17,946 nucleotides of DNA from Candidatus Bathyarchaeota archaeon (GCA_963772455.1 CAVYXJ010000015.1:1-17946); one strand, 5' to 3'. Counted from the stretch's first letter, positions 7,749 through 16,483 are shown. Translations and numbers: made by a program. Notes: generated from the letters alone by a model not told the origin.

Positions 7749-9224
7749 TTGAAAATAATTAAAGAACAAATCAAGTTGCAAACAAACGCATTTCGCGAAA
7801 AATTTGAAAGAAATAACTTGAAAACAATCTTAGCTGATAATTATCCTCTCTTAAGCATACTAATTGGCTACTTATTTGTAGCATTAACAATAGGACCGTT
7901 CTACAATAGTGATACTGCAATCGAATACAACGCTGTATCGGGAGTGTTGAAATATGGTTTGCCAAAACTGGATGACGGCTACATCATTAATCAACCCCCA
8001 TTGGGATTCTATTCTCAAGCCTTTTTCTTGAATATTTTTGGTTCTTCAATAAGTAATGGCACGTTCTTGGTCACCTTGTTTGGGCTTGGATGCATCGTCT
8101 TAGTATATGGAATTGCCAATACCGTGTACAATAAGACTACAGCTTTTTTCGCAGCTACCCTTTTTGCTTTTAGCCCATGGCATCTAATATTGTCTAGGAC
8201 TTTCCTAATTGATGTTCAATGTCTCTTCTTCAGTTTGTTTTCGCTATTTCTTGGAATATTTGCCGTCCGCAGAGATTCAATCAAGTTATTTGTAGGTTCA
8301 GGGATCATTTTCGCAATGGCTTTTAGCACAAAATTATATGCTGTGTTTATTCTTATCCCAATTTTAGCTTTCTTTTTCTTCTTTAGATCTGAAAAAATAA
8401 AACAAAAATTAATTTGGTTGGGTGCATTTTCCGCGCCAACATTTTTGTTTTCCTTTTTGTGGTATCAAACAATTGCGAAAGTTGGAATGGGCGCTATTAT
8501 TTTTCATACTGATTTTGCAGTTCATGAATCTAGCGGTATAGTTCCTTCTTACTTTTTTGTGAGCAATTTCCTTACTAGCTATGGTTTGGGCTGGTTATTT
8601 GTGGATGCAGCAATTCTGTCACTATTCCTATGTTTCACCCAAAAACGCTTATTTCGCAGATTTCTTGCGTTTGATATAATCAGCTTGTTAACTATAATTT
8701 GCGTAATAAGTGTGAACACTTTTTTGGGAGCAACCTTGAAACTTAATTCCCCTTATCTGACCGCGATAAAATATGATTATCAATCATTGCCTTTCTTTGC
8801 TTTCTTAGCGGGATCATTGATAACAAAAAGCATTTCTCTTATTAATTTAAGCAAGCTAAAGAAAAAAGTAACTCGTATAACCTATGTTTTTGCCGCTTCA
8901 ATTGGATTCATATTAGTGCCTCTTTCAATAGGAATCAACATGAGTTATGTGAATCTGTTTTCCACTTGGACCTATTTACTTTTCAAAGCAGACTCAAACC
9001 TTAAAGTAGGGTATTCATTTTTTAGCGATACTCCACTTGCTTTAAACAACGTTTTGTTTAATTTTCAATATTTAGGGTATGCATTAATGTTATCAGGAAT
9101 CGTATGGTTAAGCAGACATAAAATATCTTCATTACTAAAAACATTACATTTCAAAATCCATTTCAGTAAAATTTTATACAAAAACAAGTTACGAAATGAA
9201 GTTCAAAAAAAAATAAGTATTTAA
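7749..9224 (+). CDS. GT-C fold membrane glycosyltransferase (ArnT/PMT_2-like, GT39/GT83-related)
   Basis: An N-terminal DTAIEY acidic motif, NQPPLGFY, FSPWHLILSRTFLID and AFSTKLY, in a polytopic membrane protein. Confidence 0.8.
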   Translation: MKIIKEQIKLQTNAFREKFERNNLKTILADNYPLLSILIGYLFVALTIGPFYNSDTAIEYNAVSGVLKYGLPKLDDGYIINQPPLGFYSQAFFLNIFGSSISNGTFLVTLFGLGCIVLVYGIANTVYNKTTAFFAATLFAFSPWHLILSRTFLIDVQCLFFSLFSLFLGIFAVRRDSIKLFVGSGIIFAMAFSTKLYAVFILIPILAFFFFFRSEKIKQKLIWLGAFSAPTFLFSFLWYQTIAKVGMGAIIFHTDFAVHESSGIVPSYFFVSNFLTSYGLGWLFVDAAILSLFLCFTQKRLFRRFLAFDIISLLTIICVISVNTFLGATLKLNSPYLTAIKYDYQSLPFFAFLAGSLITKSISLINLSKLKKKVTRITYVFAASIGFILVPLSIGINMSYVNLFSTWTYLLFKADSNLKVGYSFFSDTPLALNNVLFNFQYLGYALMLSGIVWLSRHKISSLLKTLHFKIHFSKILYKNKLRNEVQKKISI

Positions 9225-9226
9225 GA

Positions 9227-9265
9227 GAAGAAGAAGAGTGAAAAATTTGCACTTCTTCTTCCTTT
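9227..9265 (+). terminator. Imperfect hairpin after the glycosyltransferase gene, possible terminator
   Basis: GAAGAAGAAGAGTG...CACTTCTTCTTC followed by CTTT, immediately after the stop at 9224. Confidence 0.35.
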
Positions 9266-9504
9266 AACAATCTTCTACCATTAACAGTTGCTTTGTATGA
9301 AGCCGAAATTTATGACCCTTTAATTGTTGAAAAACTCGAAAAGGCTTGATTCAACATGTTAGAATGGGGACAAATTACGATGCATCGGATTTTATGTATG
9401 CAAAGATCGCTCATGGCTTATCATCCCCCAAGTTAAGCCGTATGGCTATTTCTGGTAAAAACAAGTCTTATGTATTTGAGAGGCATACAAGAAAGTGATG
9501 AATT

Positions 9505-9876
9505 ATGCAAAACGACACAGAAACAAAAATTAAGCAAGACCTTTTGGCTGAAATTCAAAACTTAGAACAAAATTACATAGTAATTCAGGGTTTTATCGCT
9601 GGAAAAGAATATGAGGTTACAGTCATCGGATCAAGCCTTCAATCATTCAAAGACAGCTTAAGTAGAGCTAGCGCATTTGTCCTTGCATTATACAACTTTA
9701 AAGGCAAAAGAGTCAACATTCCATGGGAACCGCTTTTCACAAACTTGGATTATGCACTCGCGACTTTGTCAACTACTCCAAAGAAAGAAGCTGTCCAGGT
9801 AATCTTATCCATGGCTAAAGAACAGATTGAACAGGTATTATCATATTTCTCAGCGCTAAAAGAATCACTCAAATAA
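9505..9876 (+). CDS. Hypothetical alpha-helical protein, 123 aa
   Basis: Open frame with amphipathic helical composition and a GTGA ribosome-binding-like site upstream. No family recognised. Confidence 0.75.
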   Translation: MQNDTETKIKQDLLAEIQNLEQNYIVIQGFIAGKEYEVTVIGSSLQSFKDSLSRASAFVLALYNFKGKRVNIPWEPLFTNLDYALATLSTTPKKEAVQVILSMAKEQIEQVLSYFSALKESLK

Positions 9877-10055
9877 AATTTGAAACATAGCAATGCATAG
9901 AATTAATGCCTTTCTTTTTGATTTTTATGGTTTCTTTTTCTGTGGCTCAAATAGAATAGGTTTGCAAATTTCCTGTTGGATTCGAAAGCGGAGACTAGCG
10001 GTATTCAAAGGATGAAGAGTTAAGTATAACCCAAATCAAACATTTGTGAAGAAAG

Positions 10056-10415
10056 ATGGCATACTTACGTAACGAGAAAGAAAACCTCGAAGTATCATAT
10101 CCGCTGAAACAGATATGGGCTGCAATACCAGAAACCATCAAGATTTTGGAGTGGACGATAGAAGAGCAAGACGACGCAACCCACAAGGCTAAAATCAAAA
10201 CAAAGGGTGGTTTTTTAGCATACAATTCAATGCTTTACCTTGAAGCATCCGCAGTAGATGAGAACACTACTAGAATGTCTATTTATGCGGAAACACCAGT
10301 AACCACAATAACCTCAATTATTGATTTTGGCAGAACAAGAGACCGCATAGGTCAATTTATTGAAACATTAGGCAAGATAATGGAAAAGAAAGATAATCAA
10401 AAGAAAACAAGCTAA
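10056..10415 (+). CDS. Hypothetical protein, 119 aa (alpha/beta, C-terminal DFGRTRDRI motif)
   Basis: Protein-like composition, collinear with its neighbours. The DFG-x4-RI ending recalls DUF1499-like proteins (weak). Confidence 0.75.
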   Translation: MAYLRNEKENLEVSYPLKQIWAAIPETIKILEWTIEEQDDATHKAKIKTKGGFLAYNSMLYLEASAVDENTTRMSIYAETPVTTITSIIDFGRTRDRIGQFIETLGKIMEKKDNQKKTS

Positions 10416-10457
10416 TTAAGCAAAAAAACTAATAACAATAGTAAATGTTGATTACTT

Positions 10458-11423
10458 ATGATACGCATTCTCAACTTGGGCGACAATTCCGAAAGAACCG
10501 TAACTGATGAAGAACTAAAAGGATTAAACCTCACGAGTCAATGGCTGGAACTTGTTGACCCAACAGAAAACGAGTTGCGTTCAGTATCCGATTCAACACA
10601 GTTTCCTGTAACTTTTTTGAGATTACCCACAACTGAAGGATATGTTAATTTACGATTAGAACAAGATTACGGAATCATTAATTTCCTAGTTATGCAGGAC
10701 ATTGTATCAACCAAAAAAACACACCCCGTTGTCCTGGCTTTTTCGAAGAATTTGCTCGTAACCGTCGCAACCAAGGAAACTCAGAAAATCATTGACGTTG
10801 CTAAAGAACGAATGAGCAAAGCCAAAATAGACCCCCCATCTCACGTTATTTATTTTATCCTTGATGAAATAGTTTCCTCTCATTATATTCAAATTGAAAA
10901 ACTAGAACACCTCACCGAAAAAATGGAAGAAGAAGTCGTTGAGAAAACCTCCGCTGACACACTAAAGAAAATTTTCAAACTTAAATCAAACATGGTTAGC
11001 TTTAACAAACTTCTTTGGTATGAACGAGGGCTAATTTTCAATATTAGAAAATTCGAGGAAATCCACTTGTCTCCAAAAGCCCGAGCCTTGTTTGACACTA
11101 CACATGAGGATTTGACTAGGCAAATAGACATAGTTGAAACTTATAGAGAAATACTTTCAGACGCTATAAATGTGCATTTATCAGCAATTTCAAACAAAAT
11201 TAATTTCTCAATAAAAGCTTTAACAGTCGTCATATTCTACTTAACAATTGTAACTACAATTACTTCTTTTCCAAACACAGTCGCCACCTTCTTTGGTATT
11301 GCGCAGTTTGGAAACACAAACATCCTAATAATTACCACAGCATTACTGCTATCGATTGTTTTGCCTCTCATTTGGCTTTGGAAAAAGAGTTGGCTTACCT
11401 CAAAGAGACTCGATTATCAATAA
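10458..11423 (+). CDS. CorA/ZntB-family divalent cation transporter-like protein with non-canonical signature (GIA instead of GMN)
   Basis: WLELVDPTENEL, LLVTV, YFILDEIV, IFKLKSNM, REILSDAINVHLSAISNKIN-x2-IKALT, two C-terminal TM helices and a KKSWL tail. Confidence 0.85.
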   Translation: MIRILNLGDNSERTVTDEELKGLNLTSQWLELVDPTENELRSVSDSTQFPVTFLRLPTTEGYVNLRLEQDYGIINFLVMQDIVSTKKTHPVVLAFSKNLLVTVATKETQKIIDVAKERMSKAKIDPPSHVIYFILDEIVSSHYIQIEKLEHLTEKMEEEVVEKTSADTLKKIFKLKSNMVSFNKLLWYERGLIFNIRKFEEIHLSPKARALFDTTHEDLTRQIDIVETYREILSDAINVHLSAISNKINFSIKALTVVIFYLTIVTTITSFPNTVATFFGIAQFGNTNILIITTALLLSIVLPLIWLWKKSWLTSKRLDYQ

Positions 11424-11543
11424 CTCCAGAAGATTTGTAATGAACCACGCACAATTTCAACATCCAAACAGCTCTCCAACTTTAGAACCGCTGGAAGTTA
11501 TTTTGATTACTTCGGTTAAACTGAATAATACATCGGGAATTAT

Positions 11544-11969
11544 ATGAGCAAAAAACAACCACCTATAATTATTTACAAAGGTAGAAGCTTGGGCATCGTC
11601 ATTTTGGTTGTTTCACAGTTAATTATCGGGGCTATCCACGCCTTCTTCGGGTTACTTCTTCTTGTATACGAAAACTTTTCGTTCCTTCCAACAACAGCAG
11701 TTTATGACATTTACACTTTTGTCTTTGGGTTGTTGGCTTTGGTTTTCGCAGTTCTTATTTGGGAAGGCAAAAAGATTGGGTGGATTGGCACAATTGCAGT
11801 TTCGTTATTTGTGATTGCTGCAGATTCTTTGACGCTTCTGGATTTGCCAAGTATTCCAGGGATTCCAAAGTTTGCGGGATTTACTGAAATAGCATATAGT
11901 GTTTTGGTTGTTGGTTATTTGCTTCAACCCAGAATAAGAAAAAAATATTTTGCATCCAAGAAAAATTAA
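11544..11969 (+). CDS. Hypothetical 4-TM membrane protein, 141 aa
   Basis: Four hydrophobic segments with RSLGIVIL, GKKIGW and YLLQPRIRKKYF, a pattern typical of small archaeal membrane proteins. Confidence 0.8.
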   Translation: MSKKQPPIIIYKGRSLGIVILVVSQLIIGAIHAFFGLLLLVYENFSFLPTTAVYDIYTFVFGLLALVFAVLIWEGKKIGWIGTIAVSLFVIAADSLTLLDLPSIPGIPKFAGFTEIAYSVLVVGYLLQPRIRKKYFASKKN

Positions 11970-11998
11970 AGCTATAAAGATATTAGAAAAACTCTAAT

Positions 11999-12664
11999 TT
12001 ATCTCAGGGTTGCATTGTTGGGGTAACCTCTGCTTTCCCAGAAACCCAGATAATCAGGGTTATCTGTTAATTCGATGTTGGTAATCCATTTCGCCCATTT
12101 GTAGCCATATTGGCTTTCAGCGACGAGTTCGAATGGGAAGCCGCGTTCAGGTGGAAGAGTCAAACCATTCATCTTGTAAGCAATAATGATGTTTTTGTCT
12201 GTGATGTAATCGATCGGAAGCTCAGTTGAGTAGCCATCGTACGCGTAAAAGATCACTGCCACCGCACTCGAGTTGACGCCTGCTTCTTTTAGCAAATCGT
12301 TTACAAGAAATCCTTCCCAAAGAATCTTAGCCGACCAACCTTCAACACAATAAAGGGTTACGACTTTTTCATATTTCTGGAATTTGCTAAGTATCTCGTC
12401 GTAAGTGTAATTCACTGTTTTGTTAACCAATCCAGTTATTGACAAGCGATAAGTGGAGATGTCGACTTGTTGGGGTCCCTTAATCGAGTTTTCCCTAAAG
12501 TCTCCGATTGAAGAAAGGTTTTCGCCTTGGTAATCGCGGATTTCTCCGGGATACAACCTTTTAGGCTGATTCACTCCATAGTAGACGGCTAAGAAAACAA
12601 GCACTAACAACATTATTGTTAAAGAAACCGCAATTAATTTTTGATAGCGATTTTTTTTCTCCAT
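11999..12664 (-). CDS. Membrane-anchored molybdopterin-dependent oxidoreductase (sulfite oxidase/MsrP-like family)
   Basis: YRLSITGLV, TLYCVEGW (Mo-ligand Cys), DGYSTELP, MNGLTLPPERGFP, GYKWAKWIT and GFWESRGY. Confidence 0.9.
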   Translation of the reverse strand: MEKKNRYQKLIAVSLTIMLLVLVFLAVYYGVNQPKRLYPGEIRDYQGENLSSIGDFRENSIKGPQQVDISTYRLSITGLVNKTVNYTYDEILSKFQKYEKVVTLYCVEGWSAKILWEGFLVNDLLKEAGVNSSAVAVIFYAYDGYSTELPIDYITDKNIIIAYKMNGLTLPPERGFPFELVAESQYGYKWAKWITNIELTDNPDYLGFWESRGYPNNATLR

Positions 12665-12799
12665 TCTTATTCAACTCAAAAAAGTAGGAACCCTTTAATC
12701 CACTGAATGGTTGTACATCATACTTAAAAAACCCAATCCTTATTCAGAGCATTTACTCACCAAAAAATCAAAACCTGATTCGCAAGATAACAAATAATT

Positions 12800-13207
12800 T
12801 TAAACTTTTTTTTGAAGAGTACTCAAATACGTAGGCAATCCTTCGATGCATTGAATTTCTCTACCTGCAAGTGCGCGCAGAGCACGCCAAAACTTCAGGT
12901 TAACCAAGATTTTTTTCCATTCCAGACTCTCCTGGAGATGCTTAGTACCTTCTTGTCCTCGTCGATCAAAATCAAGCAATAGAATAACTTCTCTTGAACA
13001 TAGCCTTTGGATTTCTACAGTTGCTTCAAGAAAAGATTTACCTCCAGTCTTCACCATTAAAATCGGGCCTTTAGCACCCAATTCTTGAAGAGCGTCAGCA
13101 TCTTTCTTGCCTTCAACAATAAGGGGAGTACCTTCCAATGATTTTTCTATCAACTGTGTTATGATTTGCTCTATTTTCTCTACTTTTTCTTTACGATGTG
13201 TAGACAA
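12800..13207 (-). CDS. Stand-alone Toprim-domain protein (small primase/RNase M5-like)
   Basis: LIVEGKKD and LLLDFDRRG Toprim motifs. It starts 5 nt after the tyrS stop. Confidence 0.88.
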   Translation of the reverse strand: MSTHRKEKVEKIEQIITQLIEKSLEGTPLIVEGKKDADALQELGAKGPILMVKTGGKSFLEATVEIQRLCSREVILLLDFDRRGQEGTKHLQESLEWKKILVNLKFWRALRALAGREIQCIEGLPTYLSTLQKKV

Positions 13208-13212
13208 AACAG

Positions 13213-14302
13213 TTACCGGGTAATCTTTGCGTTGCGAACAGTCTCTAAGCAGCCTTTTGCTTCTTTGTTATTTTCAAAGTAACGTCTAACTGGTTCAAGG
13301 ATACTTGCAAGTTCAGTTGCAACACCATTTTTAAGATCCATCGGATGCAATTTGCCATCTGAATAGGCTACCTCAAGTTCTTGGAAACTCTGAAACTCAG
13401 CATTTCCGCCGAATTTAGCTGGACGCTCTATTCTGAAGACTGGTTTTTCCCTAAAAATAATGTATTTGCAAATGTCCATTATAGGATTGTACTTTACAAT
13501 TCTTTCTGGACAGAACGCTTTACTCATCTTTTGCTTGATTTCCTCTGGTGAATCATAAATGAAGACGCAGGTGTCTGGTTTGCTCTTAGACATTTTTGCT
13601 GAAGCAACTGCTTCTCTTTCTTGTCCTTCGGGAATTGGCCAAATTCCAGGTTTAGCTAAGCCCTGTAACAAATGATGATGCACGCAAACGGGTTTCCAGC
13701 AACCGATTTTCTCTCCGATTTCTCTTCCAACCATGTTTGCTTTGCGTTGATCCATGCCCAGTTGGCAAATTTTGACTTTCATATGGAAGATATCCGCCAC
13801 CTGCATAGGTGTATAGAGATAGTCAGAAACGTAGTGGGCTTCACCCTCTTTTCTACCGGCGATTTCAAGAGTACGCGTTGTTCGAGCTAAAGTCAGGTTC
13901 TTGGCGATTATCACTGTTTTTGCCCAATAGTCAATGTCTTTGTAGAGTTCATCCGAATAAATGAATTCGACTTTATCTCCTGGCACCCCAAGGGCGAGCC
14001 AGGAATATCTAAAGAGGTCTGCGGCTTTGCGGATAAGGGTTAAGTCGCCACCAAGTTTGTTGTTTAACCATGCATGCCAAGTTGCCAAGAACGCTTTGAA
14101 GTGAATTCCAGCTTCCGCAAAGTCTTTCATTTTATAGGCGCAGATAACGCCTGTTCCTAAATGTGCCTAGACCAGAAGGTTCCCAACCGTTATAGGCGAT
14201 GGGATGTTCTTCAATTTCAAGAAGCGCTCTCAAATCCTCTGTAGTTACTAATTCTTCAGTTGGTGGTCTACAAATTAAATCAATTTTCTTTTCAATGTCC
14301 AA
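13213..14302 (-). CDS. tyrS: Tyrosyl-tRNA synthetase (archaeal type), 362 aa after correcting a one-base frameshift at 14166-14167
   Basis: A TTG start at 14302 (GGTG upstream) gives MDIEKKIDLICRPPTEELVT...AYNGWEPSGL. The +1 frame continues AHLGTGVICAYKMKDF (HIGH-like motif), then YTPMQVADIF, GMDQRKAN and KMSKS. Confidence 0.93.
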
Positions 14303-14537
14303 ATTGGCACCAAACCTTAGTGGTTATAGGTTTAATGCATGTGATGAACTTAAAAATTCGCTTTCTACTCTAAATTCGCTAGCTGAATTCTGCCTCTTTA
14401 AGATAAAACAACAAAAAAACATTTTTTTAAAGAAAAAAGTTTGCTATGGGCTCTAGGTAAATATAATTGTAATAGAATTCCCAAAATAATTCTTAATTAG
14501 CGAGAGCATTCCATAACTAGAAGAGGCTATGTGACAG

Positions 14538-15032
14538 GTGAACAATATGGGAAAGAACGATGTGAATAAGGATGAGTCGCCTTCACAGCTTATAGACGCG
14601 CGAATTCAGGAACTAGGCGATTGGCGCGGAGAAACGTTAGCCAAAATGCGCCAGCTTATCAAGGAGGCGGATCCAGAGGTAGTTGAAGAGTGGAAATGGG
14701 TGAAACCTACAAATCCTGGTACTCCAGTCTGGTCCCACAACGGCGGCATTTGCACAGGAGAGACCTACAAAAATTCGGTAAAACTCACATTCTTCAAGGG
14801 TGCTTCGCTAGAGGACCCCTCTCACCTGTTCAACCAACCTGGGACCGTCAGGCGCGCCATCGACATCCATGAAGGCGAGAAGATTGACGAGGAGGCCTTC
14901 AAGATCCTCATTCGTACCTCTGTGAAACTGAACGTTTCCAAATGCAAACTGGAAAAACTACAATCCGAAAGTCGAATAAAAACCTCAATTGAGGAAGAAG
15001 TGAAACTGATTAGAGAGGATAGAGAACGCTGA
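14538..15032 (+). CDS. DUF1801 (YdhG-like) domain fused to a VapB-antitoxin-like C-terminal tail
   Basis: SPSQLIDARIQELGDWRGETL, EADPEVVEEWKW, PVWSHNGGICTGETYK and RRAIDIHEG are typical of DUF1801. The tail IEEEVKLIREDRER is typical of archaeal antitoxin ends. The start may be ATG 14547. Confidence 0.8.
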   Translation: MNNMGKNDVNKDESPSQLIDARIQELGDWRGETLAKMRQLIKEADPEVVEEWKWVKPTNPGTPVWSHNGGICTGETYKNSVKLTFFKGASLEDPSHLFNQPGTVRRAIDIHEGEKIDEEAFKILIRTSVKLNVSKCKLEKLQSESRIKTSIEEEVKLIREDRER

Positions 15033-15421
15033 TAGTTGCCGACAGTATTTTCATAGTTGAAGGTCTCCTTAAGAATAGAGAACTACTTGCAGATGAACAG
15101 ATTGTTGCTCCCGAGTTAGTTGCTTACGAAGTTACAAACGCCATTTGGAAACATGAACATCTTTTGAAAGATTTAGAAAACGGTAAACAGTACTTATCAA
15201 TTTTCTACGGTTTAATGGAAGCTGGAAAAATAAAGACACTAATTCCAAACGAAGAGTTGATGCAGGAATCATATTCAATCGCAAAAAGGCAAGGAATAAC
15301 ATTATACGACGCAGTTTTTGTTTCTCTGGCAATTAAATTAGGATTGACCTTAAAAAGTTACGACAAAGTTCAAATTCGAGCCCTAAAATCTGAGAATAAC
15401 CAATCTTACGATTCTCAGTGA
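15029..15421 (+). CDS. vapC: PIN-domain toxin (VapC family), 130 aa, probable CTG start overlapping the upstream TGA
   Basis: The frame extends upstream of the ORF-track start at 15164: LIVADSIFIVEGLL...APELVAYEVTNAIWK...TLYDAVFVSLA...LKSYDK. An in-frame TAG at 15020-15022 bounds it, and AGAGGA lies upstream. Confidence 0.85.
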   Translation: MIVADSIFIVEGLLKNRELLADEQIVAPELVAYEVTNAIWKHEHLLKDLENGKQYLSIFYGLMEAGKIKTLIPNEELMQESYSIAKRQGITLYDAVFVSLAIKLGLTLKSYDKVQIRALKSENNQSYDSQ

Positions 15422-15515
15422 AAAAGGTTTCAGCCTTGGCAGCGAAATAACCGGTTAAAGAAGAAAAGATTGGATGGTTAAATTAAGATTTAACCAAAAA
15501 AACTTTGCCGGGAGT

Positions 15516-16106
15516 TTATTTTTCTTGCAACACCTGAAGCTTAGCCTTGTATTCTTCTTCAGATATTTCTCCCTTAATAAACCTCAATTTCAACTGAACT
15601 AACGGATCTTCAACAGATTGAGCTTGAACAGAAGTATTCTGCCTAAAAATCATCTCCTTAGGCTTATTAAACTCCCAATCCGCCATACCAAGAAGCTCAC
15701 CTTTACGCTTCATTGAAACCGGCTCAACCGCAATGCCATTATACGCAATTTCTAAAGCATCAATAAAATTAGCCATATCCCCGCGATTTACTCTCTCCAC
15801 CGTAAAAATAGCCCCGTCCTCCATTTTAACCGTAACTTCTCCCCATACAACTGCGCCTCTATGCGCACTTATTTGAAGTACCTTCTGCAAAGGCAATGAT
15901 TTGAAGTCGTATCTACCCAAATGTTTTTCATCAAAATAGATAAGGCGAATGTTCGTAAGTACTATGTAATTTGTTCGTTCAGCTATAACAAAGCTGTTGA
16001 GAGAACTGATAACTTCTTCGCCAGGAGAAAGATTCTTTTTTAAACCGCCTGGTAACTTATCAACTAAACTTTTACTAGAAGGTTTCTCACTCACTTTTTT
16101 CACCAT
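15516..16106 (-). CDS. Bacterial-type PH-domain protein with C-terminal SHOCT domain
   Basis: LSPGEEVI...YIVLTNIRLIYF...WGEVTV indicates the PH domain, and DPLVQLKLRFIKGEISEEEYKAKLQVL indicates SHOCT. Confidence 0.85.
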   Translation of the reverse strand: MVKKVSEKPSSKSLVDKLPGGLKKNLSPGEEVISSLNSFVIAERTNYIVLTNIRLIYFDEKHLGRYDFKSLPLQKVLQISAHRGAVVWGEVTVKMEDGAIFTVERVNRGDMANFIDALEIAYNGIAVEPVSMKRKGELLGMADWEFNKPKEMIFRQNTSVQAQSVEDPLVQLKLRFIKGEISEEEYKAKLQVLQEK

Positions 16107-16311
16107 CTTACAAGATTAATGGTATTTTATTCCTGTATTAAAAAGTATGCAGATCACAAAAATATTGGGTCCCTTCGAACGCGCTTACTCGTTTTAAATG
16201 TCTGCCTGTAACTCTCTGTTGGCACGCGTTTGTAACTGTCGTTCTACAGTCACAAATCGTTAAGTATACTTGAAAAGACAATAAATCAGTTATATAAGAG
16301 GTGATTAGCCA

Positions 16312-16431
16312 ATGAAGTTTTTCCGTAATATCAAAGCTGGTTTAGCTGGATGGCTCTGGTATGCTATCGTAGTAGTAGTATTAGTTATAGTTCTTATTGT
16401 TGCTTTGAGATTCCTTTTTAACTTGATATAA
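16312..16431 (+). CDS. Unannotated 39-aa single-TM peptide MKFFRNIKAGLAGWLWYAIVVVVLVIVLIVALRFLFNLI
   Basis: Strong GAGGTGA ribosome-binding site at 16298-16304, ATG at 16312, TAA at 16429-16431, with a basic N-terminus and a long hydrophobic helix. Confidence 0.75.
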   Translation: MKFFRNIKAGLAGWLWYAIVVVVLVIVLIVALRFLFNLI

Positions 16432-16483
16432 GTCAAGCTAAAAAAGAGTTAGCAAGAGTAAACCTGCACCAGCCATATTTTCT

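Noticed and set aside
9240-9500. Short open frames between the glycosyltransferase and 9505 (possible gene remnant)
   Set aside because: Fragments under 40 aa with no recognisable motif.
9975-9995. GGATTCGAA resembling a reverse tRNA T-loop
   Set aside because: No T-stem pairing, acceptor stem or cloverleaf can be built around it.
13213-14302. Tryptophanyl-tRNA synthetase as an alternative call
   Set aside because: YNGWEPSG, YTPMQVADIF and GMDQRKAN fit archaeal TyrRS better.
32-15332. Shadow ORFs (32..325, 1669..1998, 2033..2326, 2811..3023, 4250..4603, 5135..5506, 6979..7299, 7771..7965, 9995..10225, 10707..10892, 10889..11131, 11356..11547, 13672..13890, 14199..14456, 14690..14872, 15132..15332)
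   Set aside because: All overlap well-supported genes on the opposite strand or in another frame and show no recognisable motifs.
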